From Lama glama (Eukaryota), in assembly GCA_028534125.1 (NCBI GenBank), contig CM052817.1:21206001-21270000 (forward strand): a DNA stretch of 64,000 bases, in the 5' to 3' direction. The position numbers and the translations under genes are program-made. Positions 37,155 to 51,227 of the stretch are shown one piece after another. The notes beneath the pieces are model-generated. The model saw only the letters and a list, made by a program, of their open reading frames with translations. It was not told the origin of the DNA and searched no databases. Positions within the stretch are counted from its first letter, which is position 1; each line of letters starts with the position of its first letter.

Positions 37155-38096
37155 CCTGCTCTCGATTGTGATTGAGCCCTGAGTCCTGAGATTTTCAGGC
37201 TTTCAGCTTCAAACAATACACCTTTGGTCCCCTGAAGGACAAGAGGAAGGATACTCTACCCCCTGCATAAGTTAAGGAAGAGAAATCTGTGCATTTAACT
37301 TGCACCACATGAAATTTATCAGGTAATCCCCTGACTCCCTCCACCCCAGATTACCCGATGAACTGTCCCCTCTCCTCTGTTCCAAGCTTCTGGCTTTTGT
37401 GGGATTCTGTATCATATTATGATTTGTCTTATGTTTACCTCCTTCTTAATAGCTAAAGTTCTGTTCTTCCTCTGTCTAAAAATTCAATAATCACTGCATA
37501 GTTCGATTCCCATTTTCCTAAAGTGTGTTGATTCCTCTTACCCATTATTGTTTTCTCTCTCATGCTCTGTGTCCTTGTGAATTCATATTTTGTTTTTCCC
37601 CCATCCTGCACTGAGATTATGTTATCAGATCTAATAGTTACAAAGAAAAAGTTAAAATTCCTGCACAATCATCAGTGATTATTTAGCAAATCTTCAGAAA
37701 CATTTAACAAATCCCCTAATGCATCCTGAGTTCTGCTTTGGTTCCTGTATCAACTTGAGTTCTACTTCTTTCACTTTGTTAAGTGACCAAATAATTTTCT
37801 TTAGCTCCAAAAGGCTAGTAAAGAATCCTCACAGTTTGACATTTTTCTAAAATTTAAATACTAATTCAATTGATGCATAGTTTGCATATTTGCTATAAAA
37901 TATTTGAATAAAATGTGTTTCATTGTTATATTTATAGATTTATGACTAAAGCTGCATTTCTTGAAATCTTCAAAAATTTAAAATATAGTGATTCACTTCA
38001 AATGATTTCACCATAAATACTTCTGATGTCAAATGCAAACCTTGGATTCAGTTTGAATTTGAACTGAATTTTAATTGAATTTGTGAATTTAGTTAC

Positions 38097-38517
38097 AGTG
38101 GTGGACAGTGTTGTGGACTTAACATCCTTTGTCTTTCATCTTAGAATCCCTTGGGCTTTGCCCACATGGATTTGCTCTGGCTGAACCTAAGCATTGTACA
38201 AAATTGCAGAGGAGTTACTATCCTCCAAACATAGCACTCAGTGAAGGGGATATACGAGCCACTGGTAAATGTGCCAGCTTCCAGATCTTCCTTGGGACAA
38301 GTCTGAGAGGTTCCCAGGAGATTCCAGTGGAAACAAGCCTTCATTGTCCACAGCAATTCCATCAACCGTGTACCTTAACGATGAATGTGCCGCTTTGCCT
38401 CACTCTCCCCACTCTCTCACTCGGAATGTTCTCTGCCTTGGATAGTTGTCTAAATAAATTATCTCTACCCAAATCCCTGTCCTAGGCTTTGTTATCAGGG
38501 GAAACTGAACCAAAAAA
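38097..38517 (+). mobile_element. LTR16-family (ERVL) solo LTR
   Basis: 5' 'gtggtggacagtgttgtgg'; 3' 'aaataaattatctctacccaaatccctgtcctaggctttgttatcaggggaaactgaacc' is the LTR16 signature. Confidence 0.8.
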
Positions 38518-39515
38518 GAGATCAATAACCTTATGTCAAGGTCTGAAGCTGCTCATAGGACCATTTCTGCCCAGATTCTCACAAAGGGACCCTTTAATTA
38601 TCAGAAGGCTATGAGTAAGCTCCAAATGGGAGGAGCAAAAGAAAAAAGAAAAAAATTATATTTGATTTTTACCCAGAGTTAATAACATTTATTAATTATT
38701 AAAAATGTTAAGTTCATTAAAGCATGAATCTGTGTGAGGCAATGTAACAATAGAAGAAATGCTCAGCCAGGTACCTAGGCACATTATAGTTCATTGTTTA
38801 ATCCAAAATTTTCCATGTATATGAACCTAAACCATAGGATTGTAGAGTTTGGACAGACTAACAGAAAATAATGGACCAAAATTCATGTGTTTATATTTCT
38901 AGTTGTGTTCTGAAAATCAAAATGCAATTGCTGGTTTGATATGGTAAAAATAATAATGCTTGTGGACTCTAAGAGTATAATAAATTTCAAATTGTACTGG
39001 AGAGCATTCAGGAAACATATAATTAATTGATTCTCAAATCCTCAAAGAACTATGATCAGGTGGTGGCATGTACTGAATCAACAGCACCATAATACAGCAT
39101 TTTATGTATATGGCTAATGACTATTTCCATGAGTGTTTGCTAGCTAGTCAGCCAGTACAGAGAGATGTTAGGTAGAGAAATTACTCACAGTCGTGTTTAG
39201 TAAAATGAGAAAGAATTATCAAATGACACTAATAATAATGATCCTAGAGCAGGCTAAATAATTCAATGATGATTACAAGTATTAATCTACCTTTCTTCTC
39301 TGATTATGAATCTTCTTTTATCGTGATGGGGGTAGCAGATTGTCTGCAATGGATTGTGAAAACCCAGCAGTGACTTTGGCAGTGAAGTTCTCCCATCAAT
39401 TTTGATGGATTAAAATAATGATAGTTGGTCTTGAGCAAATATGTTAATTTCTCTTTTCTGCGGTGTCATTAAAGGAAAAAAGATGCGATAGTAAATGTGT
39501 GCTGTTATTTTGCAG

Positions 39516-39556
39516 AGGAGAAACAGTCATACTGTCAACAGGAGGCAGTTAACAAC
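39516..39556 (+). other. Candidate 41-nt exon (host transcript unknown)
   Basis: Acceptor 'tgtgctgttattttgcag' and donor 'aac|gtaagt' in unique sequence. Confidence 0.4.
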
Positions 39557-42500
39557 GTAAGTGTAGTTAACTACCTTCAGCTACTAGCATTGGAAGTAAA
39601 ATCCCAATATTTCACATAACCTTGCTTTTTTGATGGAAAAGAAACAAGATATCACTTACATTTGAGGGTCCTGCTATTATGTAGCTATTTTGAACATGTC
39701 TATTGTAGTATATTTCCTTTTTTTAGATTGCATAACACTTCACTCAGATCAATTTGGATTACATATTTTTGTCTGGGTTTATAAATTAAAATGGTTGAAA
39801 GAGGAAAAATATTTTGTATTACAATTAATACAGTGATCAAAATACTCACCTTAATATTGACTCCTAATGTACAGAAATAAATTTTACAATGTAGTTATCA
39901 TTCAGTATAAATTCAGTTGGCCATTCTTTAAAAATTATCATTGCATCTCTATAGGGCAAAATGTGAGTTTGACAATCTCGTCCAGTTCATTATATCAGAC
40001 CACCTGTACATTTTTACCACCGTATTAATAGCATAGCACATCATGTAGCTAAGACATTTTAAAATAGAACTATAATGTATATATTTCAAAAGCACAGGCA
40101 CACCTGAAACCATGATGTCAAAAAGATGAACGTCTGTGATGCAGTAGAGATTCAACAAATAAATAGTAGTATCCAGAGCTTTGAGTGAGGTCTATGAATA
40201 TTGTATAAGGCTAGGCCAAAGTGTGGTTCGAATATGAATAACCTGTTCTTAAATTAGAATTATAGTGAGTACAAAGTCAATCCAAATGGTGGATGGATTT
40301 TAGCTATCCTAATTCAATGACCAAATTGGGATAATTTTAGTTTAATCAGATCTTGATTTCTAAATATTTTACATTAGAGAGATACCCACATGCACATTTC
40401 AAATAAGGTTTTTTTTTTTTTAAGATATAACTCCTTTGGCACAAGTTTTCAAGATATTAGTTGGCTTTGTAGACTGTTTAGGACATGTGCTATTCTAAAT
40501 GTTTCATACCAAAAATATGTAAGCCAGACCAAAGCTACATACACATACCTAACCGGATAACAATTTTTATGGAGTTATTTTATGACATCATCATATGCTG
40601 TTTTAAAAGTTGCTGATTATTTACAATATATCTTTTTCCCCCCTAGACTACATGCTACTTAGAGAAGACTTAATAGAATCTTTTACTTTGATGATAATTG
40701 TCACTAAATGCAGACTTCAGGATATATTTCCTATACTTTAATCTTATCCCTGGATGGTGCAAAAAATAAACTAAGATTAAAAATGAATGTAAAAGATCCT
40801 TATTTCAATAAAGAAAAGGGTGTTTTAAGATTGTGTCTTCAGGTGACTATAATACTCACTAATTTTGTAAAGACATTTAAAGATTTTAAAAACTGCGGTT
40901 ACTGGGGGAAATTACTCTTCCAGAACAGTTTTTTGATGCATTTAATACTCATTTTGTTCTGTTTATTCCTTATCAGACATAGAGAAAGACATCAAGCCTT
41001 AATAGAACTTAAGAGAAACTAGAGTGGTTTGATGAATTGTCAAATGGGAGGCAGCTAAACTAATCAGTAGTTGTGCCAGATACTGTTTCATCTTCTTTCT
41101 TAGTTTATCTCAGTCATTTTCTTGCCAGGATAAATTTACCTTGTCCTAGGCTCAAATAAAGATCAAGATTGTTTTCTACTTTGTGAAAATAAATAGAACT
41201 GGGTTAAATTAATCAGCTAATCAACATAAGTAAAGTCATTAAGTAGTTAATGAATTATTAATTAAAAAACAAAACAAATAAACAAGCACTACCACTATCA
41301 AGCTAAAAATGTGTTACTTAGGACACTGGTCTTCAGACAGCTAGGCATAGCACTGAGGGCTACACTAAAATTTTCTAAATTTAAAAGTGTGCTAATAGTC
41401 TTAAGGAAATCACAGCATACATAGTCTACATCCATATGTACTATGTGCTAACCCTCCTTTTCTACTTCCTCTTTTGTAGAAGGATTTCTCCCGCTTTATA
41501 AATCAAGGGCATTCTCACCTAACATCAGTCTGATTATGGGATGTTACTCCATGTATAAAAACTTCCAGGGAATCAAACAAAAGTGCAAAGGGAATACTGT
41601 TTTTCAAAGAGGACTCATTTATCGTTAAACAAGGCTCAGTGGACCACTGTGGGACTTCTCTATATGTGCATGGCATTAAAGTGAGGTATTTTGCCTTGTT
41701 GATACATTGTTAAATTTGACTTTGTACAGAAAATGGGCAATGGGAGATTTTAAATTACCCATTTAATTAATATTTTCAAGTAATATATAACCCTTATGAG
41801 AGAATGTTGTGAGAATAAAGAAAGCACTAATTTAAAAAAAATCAAGAGCTATTTTTCCACAAATATAAACATAAATTAGCTAATCTCTTCTCAGTTATAA
41901 CTGTTAAAACAGAAAATACCTTCAAACAGCAAAAGAAATTCAAGTTAATTCAAGTTAGTGGCACTGACCCAATTAAATGTAACTGAATGTTTTCAAAACT
42001 ATCATATTTTTTGGTGTTATATAGGGTATGATTCAAGGCTAAAGACTTTATACACTTTCTTTTATATGTAGTATATTCATTATTTACAAAAGTATTTCCA
42101 AACTTTTTGCACAAATCATGAAATGTTTATTCTAACTACAATTTATTTTCATAATATTTTGTTTCTAAATGTTTAATATATTTTAACTTCTAATAACAAA
42201 ACTATAAAATCAAATACTACTTGATAAAGCTACTCATTTTAAATAATATAGACCTTCACTTCCACTAACTACCCAGAAAGAATTTTATCATGATCTCTAA
42301 TGACATTAATAGTTATAAGTAAGTATTTACATGTGATCTTTAAATATTATTAAAGCACAACACCAGGTTTCAACACACTCATGCCTATTGAAATAATAAC
42401 ATGTCTTGTATCCCAATTCTTATTTCATAAATATCTTACAATTTCAGCTACTATAAATTTTTTGAAAATTTAGTATTAAGAAACAGCATTTATTCATGTT

Positions 42501-43749
42501 ACTAAAACTTATGACTGTGTTAGAACCATGTTTATCATGATTTAAATGCTATTAGTAATACAGCTTATAAAACATAATCTGGAATGTATTTTTCATTATA
42601 TTTCTAATATTTTATGCCATGTATATAAATAGCTTCATCTACTTCACAAATGAAGTAACTTTTTGTTTGACGGAAAGTAAATCTGATTTTCCAACTGGTA
42701 TAAGATTAATCATGTTTTGTTAAGGTGGTAATATGATAGGCATATTTACTCCATAAAGAGGAAGAGATAAAAATATACATATGATATTTTGACAAAAATT
42801 TGTAAAATCCAAGGAATATAAAATATTTGGTCTAAAAATATAGTCTTGACACAGATGTATTGAAATTAACTTTTAAAAAGCATATCCACAACTTTTTATG
42901 ATCAAATTGGGCAAATATGTTCCCATGGACTGAAACAAAAATTACAGGCATAATTATTACTCTTGCTAGGAAATTTATGCTTTAAAATTAACTAAGTTCA
43001 TAATTCTACTGAGCAGATGCTAATCCTTTTGTCGATAAATTGATTTTTAATTATCTATATTTAGTAAAGAAGGAAAAACTAATAGAGATTTCAGTTTTCA
43101 TGTCATTTTTAATATATTACTATTTTTATCTGAATTATAACTTGGGAGGAGTTTAAAGAATCCAGCAAAATTTTTTTTTCCAACAAGCCCAACCTCCTTA
43201 TTAAAATGAAATTCAGTAGTAGAATTGATTACAAATCCCCATCTCATTTTAACAAAATAGAAATAAACTGTGGACTTGAAAAAATTGCCTCACTAATCTC
43301 ATTAAAAGATTATTCCAATAAATTGTACTTATTGCCTAATTATTATCAGTAGTATACTTTGTGTTCATTATATGGTTTATAATATCAATAATTTAATATA
43401 AATGATTTTTGTTTTTACTATTTATAGCTTTATTTCATTTATTTATAATGATAAGATTGTTGAAAATATCAACATACATGCCTATTTTCATTGTAAAACT
43501 GTAACTCATTAATAAAAGTCTTCTTACACTGAAATATATTAAACTAGACAAAAATTCCATGGCATATGTAAAAAGGAAATATATGCCAAAAAAGATAAGG
43601 AATTATACAAAACTGCGTACTGTTAAAGAAGAGTGTTTGCATATATTTTAAGTGGATAATGTTGTATGTCAAATCACTGTAGTAAAAGAATGGTTTAATT
43701 GTTTTGTTTTTAAGTGTCAATACTGACAACACTCTGAAAACTATGTCCT

Positions 43750-43950
43750 TTGAAACAAATATTGACATTCTGTCCTATGCCAGGCACTGGACTGTGAGAA
43801 AGTCATAGCAACATTCAAGAACAAAAGCCTACTTGAAAGATTACAATATGCTCTTGTAGGAGATAGGGTAAACATTCATAAGACTATGGATTAAATATAA
43901 TAATAGAGTTATATAAAGGCACTATCGCAGAAGGGAAGAAGGGAGGAATT
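43750..43950 (-). mobile_element. L2 fragment
   Basis: 'aacaaatattgacattctgtcctatgccaggcactggact'. Confidence 0.6.
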
Positions 43951-44489
43951 ACACTGCCATCAATGGTTAGTGCAATATCATTGCTCTAGTGAATTTTTTA
44001 TTTAATTACGGTCATATATGGTATTTCATTTGTACAGTATGTCATGTAATGATTAATATAATGAGGTAGTACTGAACAACTTTACATGATATTTGCTAAC
44101 TTGGTAATATATGTGTATCTTGGATTCTGATAACACTTTTAAACATTATTCTAAGCATGCATACATTTACTTAATGAACTGATATTTACCTAAAGAATAT
44201 GATACATGAATTATATAACGTTAATAACTGAAATACATAACATTTGTAGGAAAATTATTATGTTCGATATATTTATAGCACTTCTTGTAGGCTATTCCCC
44301 AATGGTATGAAATTCTGTATCACTTTTTTCAAAGGAATCTCCTGACTCTGTACGCTGTCTTTTCCCCTTCTCAGGGGCTGCAAAGTGTCAACTTGGTGGT
44401 GAGACAGTTTTAATCATGTAAATGACAAACATACCCTAGAGGTTAACAGGGCACATTAGATATAATCTGGGTGCAAGATTATTTTATAT

Positions 44490-44613
44490 AGTAGAACCAC
44501 TTACTTGTCCTGGAATTCTGAGTTCTTTCTACACTACAACGAAGAAATAAATTTCTATATCGTTTGAGCCACTGCATTTTCGTTTTCTTCTTTACAATAA
44601 CATAACCTGTGAC
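44490..44613 (+). mobile_element. MLT-type LTR 3' fragment
   Basis: 'agaaataaatttctatatcgtttgagccactgcatttt...ttacaataacataacc' resembles the MLT1 3' end. Confidence 0.6.
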
Positions 44614-45719
44614 AGATTTCTTTCAGTTTATTGATATAAGGAGACAAGCAAGTCTGTTGTCGGTTGAAAGATCAGGAGAATACTTTAATTTGGAATAAAC
44701 GGAGAAAGTTCAGATTACTCAATGTGGAGAATACAATAAGACGACCCCTTGCATGCTGCATTGCAAAATTCAGCTTTGTCCCTCAAAATAAGCACATATT
44801 GCTTCTGTTTTTGAAAGTTTATTTTTGAGACAGTGTACAAAAGGAAGATGGCATGTTTATAAACTTTTTAGGAATAAAGTTACAGAGGCATTTCTCTAAG
44901 AGATACGACTTTTGTCATCACTCTTTTACTGAGAATTTCTACATCATCAAAGCCCCATCATTCTGGTGATCTATGATACTAATAAAGCATCATGATGACC
45001 ATGATGATGTATATGTGAGTCATAATATATCACCACAATGGTATTTCTGAAATGATTTATCAGGATAGTACATCACTATGGTGATGTTGCTTGGATGTTG
45101 AACTACCAGCAAGAAGACATCCCTCAGACGTAAAATCCTTATTTTAATAATAAGTGTTTTATTTTTCATGAATTTATTTTTATGAGAAATGAACTGTTAT
45201 GTCAGGTTGGTGAAAAAAACAATACATTCAAAATATTAACTCTGTGGTTTTTACTACCATGGAAAAGGTACTGTTATATAAAGAAAGGTTTGAGGACAGA
45301 AATCATATGAACTGTTCAATTATTTCTGGAAATATTTTACTCCCATAAACCAAAAAACTACAGTTAGAATTTTGCCCTGGACTTTCAATTTTCTTTTTCC
45401 TTTGTATACACGTAGTAAATTAAACTTATATTAGTTTACAGTGATAATGTAAAAGGAGGTTTTATGTTCAAATTCCTTCTTGATAACCAATGAAAAAGTT
45501 ACATCTGAACATCAAAACACAGATGTCCAAATGAAATCACCAGCCCCAAGTGACAGGTGAATGTATGTGTTCTCCCAGTTCTCTGAGAGCTTAAAAACAA
45601 ACACAAAGCAGAAATTCATGTTATTACTTAATCAAAAGCAGAGTCTGTACCTTACTTAGCAAGATTTAAATTTGCCAAATTGTTGAAGTCAATGCTGTTC
45701 CTATGGTCTGTTTTCATGC

Positions 45720-46400
45720 AGACTAGTGGTAGGTGAAATTTTGCGATTTCCTGGAATGCTTTATCACCATGACTGCCAAAACTTTCATCTGTGGTGGCCT
45801 GGGATGGAGATGTAATAGCTGGTACAATGTTTCTGGCTTTTGAGTAATATGGAGAACATAGTAACTATAAGGATTATGGAAATCAAGTGGTTGTTGCTAA
45901 ACATCATTAATAAACAAATTTGAGGGAAATGGTAGGCTCAGATTGATCAATCAGAAATGTAAAGGAAAGTGTGGGAGAGTCTCCTTGGCAGTATTTGTTT
46001 CCTGGACCTGGAGAACAGACAGAACCAATGAGCAGGCAAAGGACTTAGATCTCATACAGCTAAAACTGCCAATCTTGAGTCTGAGAATGTAAGATTTATT
46101 AAGTCACACATTTAGTGACATTAGCAGCAATCCATTGTAATATGGACATGGTACATATACGACTGGCTTGAGCAGATTCAGAGGGTGCAAGTAGGCTGCA
46201 GGAACAGTATGTTCAGACTGTCTTGACTTCTTTTCAGCTCACTTACGGCTTTATAAAGCACTCCCTGTAACCAGCTGACAGAGATAGACAAATGCCAAGC
46301 TTGTTTCATGAATGGGTGAGAGAAGTATGCAGGTACAGGCTGAAAATGTATCTCCCATACTACAGTCCCATTTAACAATAAGCCTGAAAGACCGGGCAAA
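45720..46400 (+). mobile_element. ERVL/MaLR-class internal remnant: gag N-terminal part joined to pol connection/RNase H start
   Basis: gag-like 'LSSVVAWDGDV..AFE*YGEHSNYKDYG'; pol-like QQSIVIWTWYIYD (46125 onward), ADSEGASRLQEQ and PCNQLTEIDKCQACFMNG*EKYAG (cf. ERVL PYDQLTEEEK..AWFTDGSARYAG). Confidence 0.8.
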
Positions 46401-49400
46401 CTTGGGTATAGGTCTTGATCACCTACTGGGCCCTGTGGGCAGAGGGAAAATGCCTGACTTATTATTCAGGAGCCTGGAAAGAGCAAAACTGAGGTGACAT
46501 GAGGGAGAGGCATGCAATAGACATACTGCAATGGAAACAAAGTGTGAGAATCTTTTTTATTGTACAGTAATACCCACAAGAAAGCATTCACTAAACAGAA
46601 GCATTAAATTCTTTTTTCAAAAAATCTGTTGGGTATTTCCAAATAGAAAATTTGCAGGTACCTCAAGTTGTCCAAAAGCAAACAGCAGGTTACTTCTTAA
46701 AACTTGCTTCTTTTCATTACTTTATCAATATTTTTCCATTTGGAGCACAATGTTCTAGATTTTAGAGAGTTTATCAGGACAGAGGTCAATCTCCTCGTAA
46801 GACTTCTGGAAATACTGGATTGAATGTGAGAGTCATATGGGTTTGTATGTCAAGAGAGAGTTTTAAAGTAGCTACATATATATTCTAAATTAATTTTGGT
46901 ATACCTGGTCTCTTTTAAGAAGACAAGCTCATGTATGTAGAGAAAACATACAAATATAAATTTGAGAATGGAAACTATCTCAGAAGAGCACAAATTGAAA
47001 TTATCATTAAATTGAATAAATAATTGAGAATTTTGTCTTTAAAAGGGAATCTGTAAGAATACATGGACACTCTTGAATCTATATGGTTTTTCATGTACTC
47101 AAATCAATATTTGCAAGGCTCATTTTTATTTAAGCAGTTTTAAATAAAGCAGCTAAAAGCAGAGGAACAGAAAAGGAATCTGTCTAAAAGTGTTCTTTTT
47201 TTTTTTTTTTTTTGACATGTGTAACACGTATCCAGGCAACCACCGGGCGATTAATGATGCCTTTTAGTACATACTAGTCAGAGCAGCCTCGTGTAAAAGG
47301 CAAAGAACCTCGGGTTGAATGTATTTTGTATGAGTAAGTCCTATTAAATAGTTTTGTAATATCCATTCATTTGAGAATTAACCTTTGAATATCTAAGTTG
47401 ATTCAGAGTGAAATCTTGTCCTCTGGGAACTTTTAGACTGCAGTATTATGTAAGGAAACAGATGCAAGCTAAGAAGACAGTTTCAGGAGAAGAATCTATT
47501 GGGACTGCTCTTACTGAATTAAGATCAAATTTAAGGAAATAAATAAAAATATAAACCAGTGAATTAGATAAACTGAGGTAAACACAATAGAGAAGATGTG
47601 GGATTCCATTTGGAAATGAAGTGAACTTATTGGTAAACTATTTTTGAACTTTTCCCTAAAGCTACAAGTTATAAAAACTGATTTAGTTAATCTGTAAAAG
47701 CATAATTGACACTTAATTGTTCACATCACTGCATATTTGATTCAGCTTTTTATTTTGGCAGCTTGGCCATTTGTCTACAAAAATACCATCAAAAATAATG
47801 ATTAAACATTTAGGTAGTGAGGCTTTTGAAAAATACCAAATTCCTATTTTTCTTTTAAGAATTTCTTCTTTGAATACATTCATTCTTATGTAAACTTCTT
47901 ACCTTAGAGTAACTTACAAATATATGACGCTTTATTGCCAGGAATTAACTAAAAAAATAACTTTTGTAACCCATTATTTTGATGACTTCCATTATTTCAG
48001 TGTTAGCAGATATGCCCAAAACATATTTAATTTTTAAGAGGCTAATTTTTTAATATTATTTTATTAGAATATTTCTAAGATAGTATTATATTAGGAATAT
48101 AGTCTGGATTCATATGAAGGTGAACAGTTGAGAACCTCAAGGTCAGAAATCAGGTGTTAGTAAGAACAGAGTTTTTCAAAGCTTTTTTAGCTCTCCAGTT
48201 GAATCCCCAGATGTTCCAGAGTTGTAAAGGCAGTGAAAAGGGCAAAAAGAGGTTATTGCTTTCAGGATTTATATATATTGAAAATCATTTTATTGTTGAT
48301 GATATTATTGGTTTTATTTCATATGTCAAAGAAAATGAATGACTTTTATTTATCTTTTTCATATTTTATAAATATATAAAATATATAACACATACAACTA
48401 TAAATAAATATATACTTTTATGCATATATGGTTATACTTTTGTGAGTAGAATTTTAGGATTACATGAATAATTCATCTAAAACCAAATAATGGAGAATTA
48501 AATCTTATGTACAAGAATATGAAGTCACATCTAGAAATGGCTGATGGGAAAATATAAAAATAGAATTTCATGCTGAGCATAGCATTGCATTTCAATATCA
48601 AACAAATAAATTGACATTGCTGTAAAATTACAGTGAATCTAAATTGCTTTACCAAGTATAGATGACACCGTCACCTGGGTAACAATCTTGTAAGTTATAC
48701 ATAAAGAATTCACCTTAGGTTTTAAAATCTTTTTTCTCCATATTCCCAGTTGTACAAAATAAAATAATCAAGTTAATTATTACATTTAAATGCACTATTT
48801 TAGAACAGTGCTTATGTGTTTGTGTCTCTGTGTAAATGTGTGACAATTCCTGCATTTCTAATCCAAGAAAAAAATCACAGCTATTTAAAAATGTTTTTAA
48901 AAAATGCTCAGCCTCTATAAGTTTCTTCCTCAGAATAGACAGTGACAATTTCTCCAGGCACTAACTGAAACCTAGTAACCTGTACTTTTGTAATTAAAGC
49001 CTTATATTCCTGTTTTCCTTTTAGGAAGAAGAAAAGACATAAAGTGGGGTTAATGATTAATTTTTTTCAGAAATACATTTTCTGTTGTTGTTACAATTTT
49101 GTTAGAAACATGTTTTATTTTCATTTACACAGAATATAATATTAAGTTCCTAAGCCTATGTCACTGAAGTTTGAAAGTCAAAGTTGTCATTTTATTTTGA
49201 AAATAATGAACAAAGAAAAATGCCAATCTCCCGGTGACAAACTGCAAAGGAAAGAGAGTGAATGGATGAGACAGAAAGAGAGAATTAAAAACTGAAATGA
49301 AATCAGGGTTAATGTAGTAGAAATGGTACTATATTGTAAATAAATTTATAATTATTCAATAACGACACCTCCTTTTGTATTGAGGAAAAAGAAATTTAGT

Positions 49401-51000
49401 CAACAAAATTTTTTCACAGTTTTTACTATAAGGGAAAGTAATAAATAGAACCTACATTGAATATGACATAGAAAAATAAAAACATAATTATTTCTATATA
49501 ATATTGCAATTAATAGTTGATATTTCTATTTTGTTTCATACTAAAATCAATGATCACTTGGGTTCTTTTAATACTTAAATGAAATATTTGTTATTAGCAC
49601 CTGAAATCCCAATTTGGGTGAAGTCTGCTACAGAGATGTGCTCAGTATGTTTCTAAATTCACATCCACTAACTGCCAAACGTGTTCTCTTAGAAAAGTAA
49701 TATTAATAGTTTGAGGAAGAGCATTTCAGAAATTGTCAAAAGGTTATTTTTACAAAAGTTAAGGATTTTCTTACATGTTAACATTGAAAATCATTCTGTA
49801 ATTTTCACATAAGACAACAAATATTAAATTGATAAAATCTCTAATTCACAAAATGAGCATTCATGCTGACTATAATAATGCTGCTTCCTAAAGTTTTCCA
49901 TTAAACTATATTACATAATAACAAACACCCTTGTGCTATCGGCAGAATCAAACCAAAACAGAAAGCTGTATTTAAATTTATTTATTTGTTCAGAAAATAT
50001 ACTTGTTTCAGAAGAATACCCTTGAAAAAGCCAGCTAGTTCTGGAATTTAATTGCTAATAATGGCTATGTAGCCTAATTTTTTCCCCTAAACTTATTCCT
50101 TTTTTTTTAATAAAGAGCTAATTGTACTGTAGTTAAAAAATATTTAAAGCATAGTTTGATTTAAAGTGAATTATAACAACAGTTTTCAGAAAACGTATGT
50201 ATTCACTTTGGCACAATGTTTCTGTTTCAATCCTTGGCCTTAATTTTTTGTCCTTGATTTCTGTGTCACAAAGTTGAGAGGATGTAGACAGTGATTAATA
50301 TAATCTGGAATCTAATTCCTCCTGGATAGTACTGCTTCTGCCTCATTGTATTAACTCTTCTTGGAAACATGTGGGTGATTTTTTTCTTCCAGAAAAAAAA
50401 ATGAAGTCAAGGTCAATGAAAGCCTGATACACGTATGTATTTCATTTCTGAAACATTGTGCACTTTCACGGCATAAAACTTGTATTACATACAGAATTGA
50501 TACAGTACAAATTATCTGTAGCTGATCATGCAATTTTATATAAAGAATAAACAGCCTCTAAGGAGTGGCCCTAAATCCTTTGTCTTTAGAAACATTTTGT
50601 AGTAAGTTTGGCATCAAGCAGAAACACCAGGTTTATACTTTCACTTTAAATGGTTATTTCTTGGTCTCATATTTCAGAAGAGTTATAAAGGCAGAGTATC
50701 TTACCTTTATGATACAAGTGGGCAGTGAGAATATTTTTGGTAAAGATTGTTGTTTTTATAATGTAAGAGCTTAATTTAACATACATATCTTTAGAATCAT
50801 TATGCAAAATAAATACAATATAATTATGTTTACAAGGTAGGTTTACTCTGAGCTATGCTAAAATCAAGTCCAGCTTGAAAAAAAGACTCTTTATGAAAAA
50901 GACCTCATTTAAATGTTTATTTTATTTCTCAATTCAAGACCTCTAATGAATGGAAATTATCAGAGACAGTTCATAGAATTATGCTTCCTTATCACCAGAA

Positions 51001-51227
51001 ATAATTATAGCTAGCATGTATTAAGTGCCAGGTACTGTTCTGAGTATTTTTTAAAGAGATATTAATTAATTAAATCTTCCAAACAACTCCTCAGGTAAGA
51101 ACTTATTTTCTCTATTTTGCATATAAAGAATACAGGAAGGCTGAGTAACTTGTGCAGGTTCACACAGCCACTATGAGGTAAAACAGGTTTAACTATCAGA
51201 GTCCTTGTACTTGACCACCACTCCATG
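51001..51227 (-). mobile_element. MIR SINE, near full length
   Basis: 'atagctagcatgtattaagtgccaggtactgttctgagta...ctattttgcatataaagaatacagg...agtaacttgtgcaggttcacacagc'. Confidence 0.85.

Noticed and set aside
39844..39885. Minus-strand 14-nt microexon (ttag|GAGTCAATATTAAG|gtgagt)
   Set aside because: Weak polypyrimidine tract, not frame-preserving, no supporting neighbours; plausible by chance
51085..51100. CAG|GTAAG recursive-site-like motif
   Set aside because: It lies inside a MIR and lacks a good polypyrimidine tract
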